DNA of 63,974 bases, filler included, from Candidatus Babelota bacterium (GTDB lineage Bacteria; JAGOBX01): the NCBI GenBank assembly GCA_017999075.1. It is 6 parts of 6 records of this genome, joined end to end, with 100 filler letters (N's around TTAATTAATTAA, not from the genome) between each part and the next. Parts side by side here need not be neighbours in the genome. Positions count along the whole stretch, not along the records: positions 22,355 to 33,380 come from JAGOBX010000072.1; positions 33,481 to 44,490 come from JAGOBX010000073.1; 4 more parts are not named here. The stretch is one strand, 5' to 3'. Positions within the stretch are counted from its first letter, which is position 1; each line of letters opens with the position of its first letter. Below the pieces are notes generated by a model that saw nothing but the letters and a program-made list of their open reading frames with translations, was not told where the DNA came from and made no database searches. Made by a program: the position numbers and the translations under genes. Shown here one piece after another: positions 32,117-41,554 of the stretch.

Positions 32117-33038
32117 AATCGAAGAATGGAAAAAACTTTTTTTACAGCATTTGTATGCAAATAATTACAGCGAAAGCGCTCGGATAAATTATAATAGCGC
32201 GGTAAAAATTTATTTAAAATATTTGTCCGCAAATAATATTAAAGACGATAAAATATTCGAATATAAAACCGCGTTCGGATTCAAACAATATTTATCCGAA
32301 TACATAAATGCGCGCACAGGCCAAAAATTAACTGACAGCTCAATGCAAAATATTATGAGCAATATCAAAAAATTTCATTGCTGGTTAATAAAAAATTCAT
32401 TCATTTTCGTCAATCCTTTTGACGCGCTTGAATCATTTAAATCAAGTAAAATCCGGCTTAAACGCAGTATTCCGCTCGAAGATGTTTACAAGATATTAGC
32501 GCAGCCTGACTTAAAAAAAAATACAGGTTTCCGCGACAGGACAATGCTTGAAGTATTTTTTTCAACAGGCATACGCCGGGCAGAATTACAAAAATTAAAT
32601 ATTTACGACATCGATTTTACAAACGGACTTTTAAAAGTTCAGGGCAAAGGCGCGAAAGACAGAATTGTGCCAATCGGCTCAACCGCGCTTTCATTTTTAC
32701 GTAATTATATTGATAAAATCCGCCCGCAATTTTTAAAAGCTGACTCAGGCGAAGTTTTATTTTTAAGCTCTTACGGACCGGGCTTGAATTTAGCTACAAT
32801 CGGAGTATACACAAAAAAATATATAAAAGAATCGGGCGTAAAACAAAAATATTCCTGTCACAGTTTCAGGCATACGTGCGCCGTTGAAATGCTGAAAGGC
32901 AATGCTAATATTAAACATATCCAGGAAATGCTCGGACATTCAAAAATAACTACAACGCAGGTTTATACAAATATTTTACCTGTTGATTTGAAAAAAGTAC
33001 ATCTGCGCACGCACCCCTCGAATTGGATTTTCATCTAA
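32109..33038 (+). CDS. XerC/XerD-like tyrosine recombinase 2
   Basis: STGIRRAEL, GKGAKDR, HSFRH, LGHSKITTTQVYT; overlaps recombinase 1 by 8 bp. Confidence 0.94.
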   Translation: MNKIEEWKKLFLQHLYANNYSESARINYNSAVKIYLKYLSANNIKDDKIFEYKTAFGFKQYLSEYINARTGQKLTDSSMQNIMSNIKKFHCWLIKNSFIFVNPFDALESFKSSKIRLKRSIPLEDVYKILAQPDLKKNTGFRDRTMLEVFFSTGIRRAELQKLNIYDIDFTNGLLKVQGKGAKDRIVPIGSTALSFLRNYIDKIRPQFLKADSGEVLFLSSYGPGLNLATIGVYTKKYIKESGVKQKYSCHSFRHTCAVEMLKGNANIKHIQEMLGHSKITTTQVYTNILPVDLKKVHLRTHPSNWIFI

Positions 33039-33067
33039 GCGCGCACGCACCCCTCGAATTGGATTTT
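33005..33067 (+). repeat. 27-bp perfect direct repeat straddling the recombinase 2 stop codon
   Basis: GCGCACGCACCCCTCGAATTGGATTTT at 33005-33031 and 33041-33067. Confidence 0.95.
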
Positions 33068-33216
33068 TTTGTAAAAAAAAATAATACTTGTGGATATTTT
33101 ATTATAAAGTATAATTTCACTAATTAAAAATTTCGATAATAATTTTATAAATAAAAATCTTAAAAATATTGATTTTTATCGTGTTTTATCAATAAAAAAA
33201 TTAGTTGAATATTGAA

Positions 33217-33380
33217 ATGAAAAATCAAAAATTATTTAAATTATTTTTGCTGATAATTTCAATTTTTTTACTCATACCAATAACCGCATACAGCGCATTC
33301 GAACCGACAATAAAATTAAGTTTTCAAAGCGAAAATTTTTTAATAAACCGTGAAGTCATAAAGGAAAAAAACGAGTTAAG
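33217..33380 (+). CDS. N-terminus of a secreted protein (signal peptide), truncated by contig end
   Basis: MKNQKLFKLFLLIISIFLLIPITAYSA, an SPI-like signal; frame open to the contig end. Confidence 0.7.
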
Positions 33381-33480
33381 NNNNNNNNNNNNNNNNNNNN
33401 NNNNNNNNNNNNNNNNNNNNNNNNTTAATTAATTAANNNNNNNNNNNNNNNNNNNNNNNNNNNNNNNNNNNNNNNNNNNN
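33381..33480. other. Artificial contig linker
   Basis: N-run, TTAATTAATTAA, N-run. Confidence 0.99.
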
Positions 33481-33977
33481 AACACAAAAAAGGTATGATG
33501 GGTTGGGATATGCGCAAAGGAATGGAAGCTGCCGAAGGAAAATATTTATGCGTTATAGATGGCGATGGTCAGTTTCCTATTGAAAGCATAGAATTATGTT
33601 TTAGACTTATTAAAGAAAAAAATCTGGATTTTGTAAAAACCTACCGTGAAAAAAGAGAGGATGGAATTTACCGAATTATTTTATCAGACGTTTATAATTT
33701 TGTGTTCGGAATATTGTTTCCTAATTTAAACTGCAAAGACGCAAATTCAAAACCTAAAATTATTACAAGCGAAGCTTACAAAAAAATGACTTTATCGTCA
33801 GATGACTGGTTTCTTGACGCTGAAATAATTATTAATGTCCGAAAATTAAAACTGAAATTTGAAGAAATTCCAATACATTTCAGTAAAATTTACTCACGCG
33901 AATCGTTTGTAAAATTCAACGCTATATTTGAATTCATAAAAAACCTTATAAGATTCCGTATAAAAGAGTTTTTTTAA
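33481..33977 (+). CDS. GT2 glycosyltransferase (DPM1-like), 5' truncated
   Basis: IDGDGQF DxD motif; DANSKPK; WFLDAE. Confidence 0.85.
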
Positions 33978-33986
33978 ACAGTTTTC

Positions 33987-35207
33987 ATGAAAAAAATATA
34001 TTTTTCAGCAGCAATAATTTTTATAATTTTTCTAAAACTTTTTATAAGTTTGATTATGCATGATTTTTTTATTGCTCCTGATTCTTATAAATATTTATCT
34101 GTTGCCAAAAATATCGCCGCAGGAAACGGCATGAAAAATTCCGATGGGCAGCCACATATAAAAGTAGGAATTCTATATGGAATTTTTTTATCATTGTTTT
34201 TCAAATCAGGAATATCTAATTATTCTGCAATAATATTTATTCAAAGCGTTATTTTAGGTTTTCTCCTTTTCTGGATTGTAATAAAAATTTACGCCAGATT
34301 TTATAAAATCAAACCGCGTGATTATTGGATTTTACTTATTATTATCACATTTTATCCGCCTATATTTGGAGCATCATTTTTTTTATTGACTGAGATGCTG
34401 TTTATGGTTCTATTTTACAGTTCACTTCATTTCTACTTTTTATTCACCGAAAAAAAAATATACACTCACCTGATTTTTTCCGCAATGCTCGCAGGAGCAT
34501 CAGCTTTGACAAGATCAGTAATATTTTTATTTCCATTTATTACTGCTTCGATATTAATACTATATTCGATTTTTAAAAAACAAAATTTTATAAAAACAGT
34601 ATTCAATTCAATTGTTTTTTTATTTTTCTTCAGTTTGGTTATTATGCCGTTGTCTTTAAGAAATTATCTTGTATTCAAAAAAATTATTCCAATTTCAATC
34701 AGCGGCGGTTCAATATACGGAGGATACCTTGCAGCTAAATTCGGTGAAGAAAATTTTTGGGGATTGCCTCAGCTTAAAGAATTTTCTAAAATAAAAAATG
34801 ACATTGAGCGAGACGAAAAGTTAAAAATACTTGATAAACAATTTTTAAATGATAATTTTAAAGAATTCGCCAAATATTCTTTTATAAAATTTTTCAGGTT
34901 CTTTTATGAAATACCAGGCAGCAAAAAATTGTTAAGTAATAATAAACTTATACTAATTGTTTTAACTTTAATTCATTTCTCGGTATTATTATTATCTGCA
35001 GCCGGAATTTTTCTGCTCTTGCTCTTGCAGAAACGGCAAAACATATTTTTACCTATTATTTTTATTGGTTATACAGCATTTATTCATTCCATATCGTTTG
35101 CCAACGGAAGATACAGGCTTCCAATTGAACCTTTATTGTTGATATTTGCTGTTATAAGTTTAAATTACTTAATGGATAAATACAATATTTTCAATAAAAA
35201 GACATAA
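33987..35207 (+). CDS. Polytopic membrane glycosyltransferase (GT-C, PMT/ArnT-like)
   Basis: PDSYKYLSVAKNIAAGNG, LLTEML, ALTRS and RYRLPIEP motifs; many TM helices. Confidence 0.75.
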   Translation: MKKIYFSAAIIFIIFLKLFISLIMHDFFIAPDSYKYLSVAKNIAAGNGMKNSDGQPHIKVGILYGIFLSLFFKSGISNYSAIIFIQSVILGFLLFWIVIKIYARFYKIKPRDYWILLIIITFYPPIFGASFFLLTEMLFMVLFYSSLHFYFLFTEKKIYTHLIFSAMLAGASALTRSVIFLFPFITASILILYSIFKKQNFIKTVFNSIVFLFFFSLVIMPLSLRNYLVFKKIIPISISGGSIYGGYLAAKFGEENFWGLPQLKEFSKIKNDIERDEKLKILDKQFLNDNFKEFAKYSFIKFFRFFYEIPGSKKLLSNNKLILIVLTLIHFSVLLLSAAGIFLLLLLQKRQNIFLPIIFIGYTAFIHSISFANGRYRLPIEPLLLIFAVISLNYLMDKYNIFNKKT

Positions 35208-35366
35208 AAAAAATAATTTTTATGCAATCAAAAAATTGCAGTACTGAAAATTTATTTGAATAATTAAGCATTAATTATAATATAAAGCAATTTTTCAATA
35301 TTTTATTGCAGTTTTCACGTTTAATTATAATATAATATAAAAAACTTTATATCAGAGGTTATCATT

Positions 35367-36164
35367 TTGGATTATATAAATCATGAAATAGAACATGAAA
35401 AAGAACAACTCGGCAAAATAAAAGATACGCTATGCCGGGATATAATAACGAATAAACATTTCAAACATATAAACAGAGATATACTTAGTAATAAAAAATT
35501 TATAGACATAGGTTGCGGCAGCGGATTATATGTTAGATGGTCAGCGGAAAATTATTCAAGATATTCTGCAGGAATAGATATTTCTTTTGATAAAATAAAT
35601 TATTATAATAAAAAAAAAATGATATTTGACGGTAATTCTGTAGATTTACCTGAAAATGCTTTTTTTATTATCGGAGATATGCAGAGAGATCTTCCGTTAA
35701 AAAATTCTACTTTTGATGTTGTTGGTATTTTTCAGGCGCTTCATCATTATTCGGAAGACAATATCAACTTTTTTTTTAAGGAAGCAAAACGATTATCAAA
35801 ATCAGGCGGATATTTAATTATATCAGATCCGAACGGAGATCACTTTCTGAGAAAAATCGGCAATGCAATAGGAAGATATATGAATTTTATGACTCCTAAC
35901 GAATGTGCATTCGGAAAAAATAAAATAATTGAAACTGCAGCTAAATATGGATATGTTCTCGAACATATAAAAGGAATGAACTATACTGCAGAAATTATTC
36001 ATCATCTTGCTTTGGCTATTGATTATAAATATCCATTTTTAGGAAATTTTGTTCACATTTTGGAACATCCATGCATATTCATTGACAACTTTTTGGAACG
36101 TTTTTACAAACTTTCTTTGTTTTTCGGATGGAGACTTGTATTTGTTTTTAAAATGAAAGAATAA
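35367..36164 (+). CDS. Class I SAM-dependent methyltransferase
   Basis: IDIGCGSG, GIDIS, LPLKNSTFDVV, ALHH. Confidence 0.85.
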   Translation: MDYINHEIEHEKEQLGKIKDTLCRDIITNKHFKHINRDILSNKKFIDIGCGSGLYVRWSAENYSRYSAGIDISFDKINYYNKKKMIFDGNSVDLPENAFFIIGDMQRDLPLKNSTFDVVGIFQALHHYSEDNINFFFKEAKRLSKSGGYLIISDPNGDHFLRKIGNAIGRYMNFMTPNECAFGKNKIIETAAKYGYVLEHIKGMNYTAEIIHHLALAIDYKYPFLGNFVHILEHPCIFIDNFLERFYKLSLFFGWRLVFVFKMKE

Positions 36165-36168
36165 AAAT

Positions 36169-37209
36169 TTAAAATTTGAATATACCGAATATTGTATTTG
36201 TAAAGCTTGACATAACTGATTGTTCGCGCTGATCTTCAAGGTTTTCACTTATTTTTTCTATAGTATGTTTGGTCGTGTTATATAATTCAGTATCGGAAAT
36301 AAGCTTTCCTATAGTTCCTTCTCCGTTTTTAATTTTTTCAGTTATCTGGGAAATATTAGTAAAACTTGTTTTTACAGGTTCAATAGTCTGTTTTAATCCT
36401 GAAATTATTTCATCTATATTTTTTTCATTTTTAGCTATCACATTATCAATACGTTTAAACGATGATTTGATATTTTCTATAGATACAAGCAGTTCATCAT
36501 ATAATTTAGGATCATTTATTATCTTACCTAATGTCCCTTTCCCGTCTTTTATGGTTGCAGTAATTACTTCTATATTATTCAAAGATTTATTTAAATCAGG
36601 CATTGATTTTTCGAGATAATCAAGTACATTCGAAATTTTAGGTTTTGATTCTACTGTTATTTCTTCTATGTTAGCTATAAAACTTTTTATTTTATTTTTG
36701 TTATCATCAAGAATGTCATAAAATTTGTTTAAAACTTTTGACTGATTGGCATTTAAATCTTTAACAAGAATCTTGGTTTCATTAGCAGTTTCAGTTATGC
36801 TTGAAATCAATTTTTCAATATCCGCTTCTTCAACGCTTGTTATAACCTCATTGTTTTTAAAAAAATCATTGCTTTTTCCAAATGAAACAGAAATATGTTT
36901 GGCTCCCATCAAATTTTCCATTTGCAATTTTACAACTGCGTCTTTCCTTATTTTCTTATCACCGTCTATTCTTATTTTAATCCTGATTTTATTTGTACTC
37001 ATATCAGGCTCAATTTTAATTACCCTGCCTATTTTTAATCCGGCAAGTTTTACAGGAGAATTATTTTCTATTCCGGAAACACCGGCAAAATAAGCGTATA
37101 AATCATAATAGTTATTATTAAATTCAATATGTTTTACTTTCAAAATAATAACAACAAATATTGTTAATGCCGCAAGAAAAAATAATCCAACTTTAATTTC
37201 TTTATTCAT
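36169..37209 (-). CDS. mlaD: MlaD/MCE-family protein
   Basis: EIKVGLFF TM helix; GIENNSPVKLAGLKIGRV; two GKGTLGKII-type repeats. Confidence 0.85.
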   Translation of the reverse strand: MNKEIKVGLFFLAALTIFVVIILKVKHIEFNNNYYDLYAYFAGVSGIENNSPVKLAGLKIGRVIKIEPDMSTNKIRIKIRIDGDKKIRKDAVVKLQMENLMGAKHISVSFGKSNDFFKNNEVITSVEEADIEKLISSITETANETKILVKDLNANQSKVLNKFYDILDDNKNKIKSFIANIEEITVESKPKISNVLDYLEKSMPDLNKSLNNIEVITATIKDGKGTLGKIINDPKLYDELLVSIENIKSSFKRIDNVIAKNEKNIDEIISGLKQTIEPVKTSFTNISQITEKIKNGEGTIGKLISDTELYNTTKHTIEKISENLEDQREQSVMSSFTNTIFGIFKF

Positions 37210-37221
37210 TTTGTATTGTTT

Positions 37222-37503
37222 TCATAAAAAATTATAATGTTTTTTAACATCTTCTTTCACAGTCCACTTGCATTTCAATCCTTTTTTAAATGTAACGAAA
37301 TCCCCTGCTTTTATTTCATAATCTTTTTCTGAAGTTTTAACAGTAACTTTCCCTTCAAGTATATAACATTGTTCGTCAGTATCATAATACCAATCAAACA
37401 CGGATCTTTCTTTTGTCCATATTCCCCAGGTTTCAACACCCATTTTTTGCAATTCATCCTGTGTTTTTTTTTCGATAATAACCAGATCAGCCATTATTAT
37501 CAC
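37222..37503 (-). CDS. Cupin-domain protein (cupin_3/DUF861-like)
   Basis: WGIWTKERSVFDWYYDTDEQCYILEG...GDFVTFKKGLKCKW...KKHY. Confidence 0.85.
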   Translation of the reverse strand: MIIMADLVIIEKKTQDELQKMGVETWGIWTKERSVFDWYYDTDEQCYILEGKVTVKTSEKDYEIKAGDFVTFKKGLKCKWTVKEDVKKHYNFL

Positions 37504-37545
37504 CTCTTCCTCATTTATTTAATTTTAATTTTTATCGGAGATTGT

Positions 37546-38433
37546 TTATACGAATTCTATAAATTTTTTATAAAATTTCGGTATGTCAGGCAATCTGCTT
37601 ATAAATGATTTGAACATAGAATTTATCAGTTCAGGAGTAAACTTTATATAATTCAAAACTTCCTTATCAAGTTCAGGCAACTTATATTCTTCAATTTCAC
37701 CAATATTCAAACCTGTAGCAAAAATATCGCTTATTTGAATAACAGAAGCTTCTATCTTATAAGGAGAATTATTTATTGTCCTATAATTTTCAACTGTATG
37801 CAATATTATTTCCTGATATTCAAAATATTTTAAAATTGCTACTACAAATTTAATTTGAAATGAATGTCCATATAATATTTTTTCAACTTCATAATAGTTC
37901 AATTGTTCCGCTTTCGCTTCTTCCATTATATCAAAATAAATTCCTTTATCAAACCCAAGCAGAACCATTTTTCCAAAATTATGATAAAAACCGCTTAAAA
38001 AAATTTCAAACTTTTCATCTGTTTTTTTGGTTACAGATGGATATATGGATTCTGCTATTAATCCAACAGTTATATTATGAAAAAATTGACTCTTCAATTC
38101 AGGATTAAATTCTACCAGCAAATCTTTTATTATTATATGAAGTACAATCGTTTCCATTATCTTATGTTTTCCAAGAATAACAATAGCAGAACTCAAATTG
38201 GTGATTTCTGATTTCGGAGAATATACAGAGTTATTAAATATTCCAGAAATATTTTTTATAAAAGCTCCGTCAATTTCACTGATATATTTCTCAATTTCAC
38301 GTATATTGCCGGTTGCAAACAATTTTCTTACAGTCTGAACCTTATTCAGCGTTCCAAAATTAATAAAACTCTTTACAATTCTGTTATAAATATCTTCGAA
38401 AATTTTATTCATATAATTCTGGATTTTTGTCAA
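37546..38433 (-). CDS. HDOD-domain signalling protein (degenerate); start may be the downstream MNKIF
   Basis: NNSVYSPKSEITNLSSAIVILG, FLSGFYHNFGKMVL, EKILYGHS. Confidence 0.75.
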   Translation of the reverse strand: MTKIQNYMNKIFEDIYNRIVKSFINFGTLNKVQTVRKLFATGNIREIEKYISEIDGAFIKNISGIFNNSVYSPKSEITNLSSAIVILGKHKIMETIVLHIIIKDLLVEFNPELKSQFFHNITVGLIAESIYPSVTKKTDEKFEIFLSGFYHNFGKMVLLGFDKGIYFDIMEEAKAEQLNYYEVEKILYGHSFQIKFVVAILKYFEYQEIILHTVENYRTINNSPYKIEASVIQISDIFATGLNIGEIEEYKLPELDKEVLNYIKFTPELINSMFKSFISRLPDIPKFYKKFIEFV

Positions 38434-38767
38434 GCAGATACTCCACAGATTTTAACGTTAAGTTTTTTAAAAATACATACAATTTATTTCCCGAATGAGG
38501 TTCAAACATTCGTTTAACTGCCTGTTCAACTTCTTCTTTCTTCAATTCTGCAGGTGTTTTTCTTTTCAGAACAGTTTCAAACACAATAACTTTTAACGAA
38601 GGCTCATTCGAAAAATATTTTTTCAAACGTTCTATATTTTTATCATTAAGCACCGAATCTTTAGGCGCTATTATTTTCCCGTCTTTATCCTGTATATTTG
38701 CAGCAAGTATAAAACCTGGCTGCAATTGTTCAATTTTAATTTCACGTTTTACTGCCGGGTTATTCAA
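38405..38767 (-). CDS. Small protein resembling the N-terminal accessory domain of HD-GYP proteins
   Basis: IEQLQPGFILAANIQDKDGKIIAPKDSVLNDKNIERLK. Confidence 0.6.
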   Translation of the reverse strand: MNNPAVKREIKIEQLQPGFILAANIQDKDGKIIAPKDSVLNDKNIERLKKYFSNEPSLKVIVFETVLKRKTPAELKKEEVEQAVKRMFEPHSGNKLYVFLKNLTLKSVEYLLDKNPELYE

Positions 38768-38791
38768 TTTTTTTCTTCTTTCATAAAATTT

Positions 38792-39088
38792 TTATTTATT
38801 TTTTTTCCTTAAACTGCCATCTTCATTAAATGTAATTATATTTTCAGGATAAATCCAAAAGCTAATTATATTATTTATTGAATCCTGATGTCTTATTTCC
38901 AGCGGCATGCCATACTTCAATTTTATTTTTTTTTGATCTTCAGAAAGTTTTGAATCCTCAATTTGAACTCTGTCATCAAATGAATAATTCAATTTTTTTA
39001 CGCGTTTAAACTGCCTTATAATGAATGTCAGTCCGCCTATCATTATAATCAAAATTATTAAATTTAATTTAGACGCAGTTTCAAACAT
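38792..39088 (-). CDS. Hypothetical single-TM protein
   Basis: ORF in operon, N-terminal TM helix. Confidence 0.6.
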   Translation of the reverse strand: MFETASKLNLIILIIMIGGLTFIIRQFKRVKKLNYSFDDRVQIEDSKLSEDQKKIKLKYGMPLEIRHQDSINNIISFWIYPENIITFNEDGSLRKKNK

Positions 39089-39105
39089 TTTTTTATTAAA
39101 AAATT

Positions 39106-41421
39106 TTATAATGAAAATAATATGCCGCCGGCCGATAAAATAAATACCGGAAGACCGAGCTGCTTATAATTTGTTTTAACTTTATCCCAGAACAATGTCG
39201 GCTGTCCCGGTATTTCAATAGTTTCTTCGTTTAAATAAACCGTATTTCCTACAATATCAGAAACGCTTACATACGCAAGAATTAATTCAGATTTCAATAT
39301 TTGAGGATCTCCGATAATTTTTCCATAATATTCATTTGTTTTAGAATTATAAACTAAATCCGCTTGAAACTTTCTGCCTGTATTGTCTTTATCTATTAAT
39401 ATAACTTTTGCATTTTTAGATAAAGGCGAGTTTGCATCAACTGCTATCAAAGTAACAGTCAAAACAGCCTGATCTCCTTGAAAATCAGGAGTTATGCGCA
39501 AAGATTTCAAAACCGGTTTTGAATTATCATAAATAATAGGTATTTCCTTATATCCGACTCCATCTAAACTTAAAGTAATAACATTGCGGCCTCTATCCAA
39601 AGTCAGATCACGCGACCATTCACCGTATTTAACATCAAGAATTTCATTATTAAATACTGCCTCGCCCCTCACATTATAAGTGTGAATCGCCCAATTTGGT
39701 ATAGTCGAATATACGATGTTATTCAAACAAACAAGCTGCATATCATAATCTACATGTACTGTTTTATAAACTTTATTAACATTTCCTGCTTCATCAACAG
39801 TTTCAATCATAATAACATTAGTTCCCTGGTTCATAGGAACATTTGTCCGGAATTCTCCATTTTTATCAGGAATTATAGAAAATCTGTTGATTGTAATATT
39901 TTTCCCTGGTTCTGTAAACCCATGAATTTTTACATATTTTTCATTTGTTATTTCATCATCTATCGGAGATATTATTGTCAACCTCGGCGATATCGTATCA
40001 ATAATAAATGTTCTGTATTCCCCGGAAAAACCGTTAAATCCATTTTTATCTATTGGTATTATCCTCCAAAAATATTTTCCATCAAGTAAAGCCGAAGATT
40101 TAACTTTAGAATTTTTTACAGTTTCTTCAAAAACAAGTTTATTAAACATTTCATCTTCTGCAATCTGAACAAGATAATAATCAGCGCCTTTTAAAGGCTG
40201 CCACAATAATTCAGGAACAGAAGTTTTTGAATAAACATTATTTATAGGAGATGATAATAATACTGGTTCCAATAATTTTTCAGGTTTAGACGGAGCTGCT
40301 CCAGGAAAAATATATACACCGTTTCCATTAGGAATTCCAATACGTTCGCTACGGCTCATCAGGTTGCCAGAACCATAATACAATTCATATTTTATTGTTC
40401 CGTCAATAAGCAGACTTGCTGTTAAAGCTCCGTTAAATTCCATTAACGAATCAAGACATTCAACTTCATTAACAACTTTGACAGGCAATCCATCGCGCGT
40501 TTTATAATTAATTGAACCACGCAACAGGAGAGCCTTTGAGTATAAGGTATTATTCCTAATATCATATACGCAACGTTTGATTTCTATTTCGGAGTTCGAT
40601 CTTACTGAAATGCTTGATCCGTCTTCAAAAGTTATTACAGCATTAGATAATGCGCCTGTTCTAATTTTGTCTCCGCTATTCAATATTTTATCTATATTGG
40701 CAGATGCTGGTGTCCACATATAATCTTTTGCATTATACAAATCAACTCTGCCTTTAATTTGAACAAGTTTAACTTTCTTTAAAATTATTGTTTCTACCTG
40801 AACATTTATCTTCAACTTTTCCGCAAGTATTTTAACTTTTTCAAATAATTCCGCTGCTACATCTTTATTATTAAGCGCAATTTCTTTTTTAATATCATCC
40901 AGAGTTTTAATTATCTGAAAATACTCTCTCTGATTTTTTATCATACTGTCTTTTGCAAGCAACTCATTAAATTCATTTTCAAACTGCCTTAAATCCTTTT
41001 CTATTTTCGATTCTTCAACAATTTTTTCTTCAATTACAATTTTTGGAGGTTCTACAATTTTTATTTCCTTTTTAGATTTAGATTTTGATTTTGATATTTT
41101 GGTTTTTGAAGCTGGTTTAACTGAAACTTTTTCGGTTCTTGGGTTTTTCCCTGTTTCCTCGGCCTTCAATTCTCCTTCAGGAATTTTAATTTTCATTCCT
41201 GGAATCAGAACATCAGGATTTTCCAAATTATTATATTTTGAAAGGGAATTCCATTTCAGGGGATCTTTTAAATATTCTTGAGAAATCGACCATAGTGTAT
41301 CTCCTGATTTAACAGTTACTTCTTTTAATTTATCTTCCGATACAAGCCCTGATTTACAAATTAAAATTATTATTATAATATTTAAAAAATATTTTTTCAT
41401 AGACATAGAGTTCCCCCGCAA
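39106..41421 (-). CDS. LysM + FecR + Ig-like exported protein with C-terminal membrane anchor
   Basis: VKSGDTLWSISQEYL...NPDVLIPGMKIKIP LysM; GDKIRTGALSNAVITFEDGS FecR; probable start MKKYF. Confidence 0.82.
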   Translation of the reverse strand: MRGNSMSMKKYFLNIIIIILICKSGLVSEDKLKEVTVKSGDTLWSISQEYLKDPLKWNSLSKYNNLENPDVLIPGMKIKIPEGELKAEETGKNPRTEKVSVKPASKTKISKSKSKSKKEIKIVEPPKIVIEEKIVEESKIEKDLRQFENEFNELLAKDSMIKNQREYFQIIKTLDDIKKEIALNNKDVAAELFEKVKILAEKLKINVQVETIILKKVKLVQIKGRVDLYNAKDYMWTPASANIDKILNSGDKIRTGALSNAVITFEDGSSISVRSNSEIEIKRCVYDIRNNTLYSKALLLRGSINYKTRDGLPVKVVNEVECLDSLMEFNGALTASLLIDGTIKYELYYGSGNLMSRSERIGIPNGNGVYIFPGAAPSKPEKLLEPVLLSSPINNVYSKTSVPELLWQPLKGADYYLVQIAEDEMFNKLVFEETVKNSKVKSSALLDGKYFWRIIPIDKNGFNGFSGEYRTFIIDTISPRLTIISPIDDEITNEKYVKIHGFTEPGKNITINRFSIIPDKNGEFRTNVPMNQGTNVIMIETVDEAGNVNKVYKTVHVDYDMQLVCLNNIVYSTIPNWAIHTYNVRGEAVFNNEILDVKYGEWSRDLTLDRGRNVITLSLDGVGYKEIPIIYDNSKPVLKSLRITPDFQGDQAVLTVTLIAVDANSPLSKNAKVILIDKDNTGRKFQADLVYNSKTNEYYGKIIGDPQILKSELILAYVSVSDIVGNTVYLNEETIEIPGQPTLFWDKVKTNYKQLGLPVFILSAGGILFSL

Positions 41422-41554
41422 TTATTTTTTATAATTATAATCTTTATTTTTTGATTGTCAATATAAAAATATTATTGTATAAAAAAAACTTTATTGCTTT
41501 TTTCAAACTTTTGAAATAAATTATTTTGAAAAAATATTTTTTTCAAAATTTTTC

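Larger units (their letters stand above)
22355..33380. mobile_element. Integrative element with primase-helicase, two tyrosine recombinases, XRE repressor and Rhs toxin/immunity cargo (whole contig)
   Basis: Gene content, dif-like sites, inverted repeats, iteron-like repeats; no housekeeping genes on this contig. Confidence 0.8.

Noticed and set aside
31193-33038. Housekeeping xerC/xerD or integron integrase
   Set aside because: A tandem overlapping pair next to a primase-helicase indicates element-encoded enzymes. No IntI-specific insertion or attC cassette array was seen.
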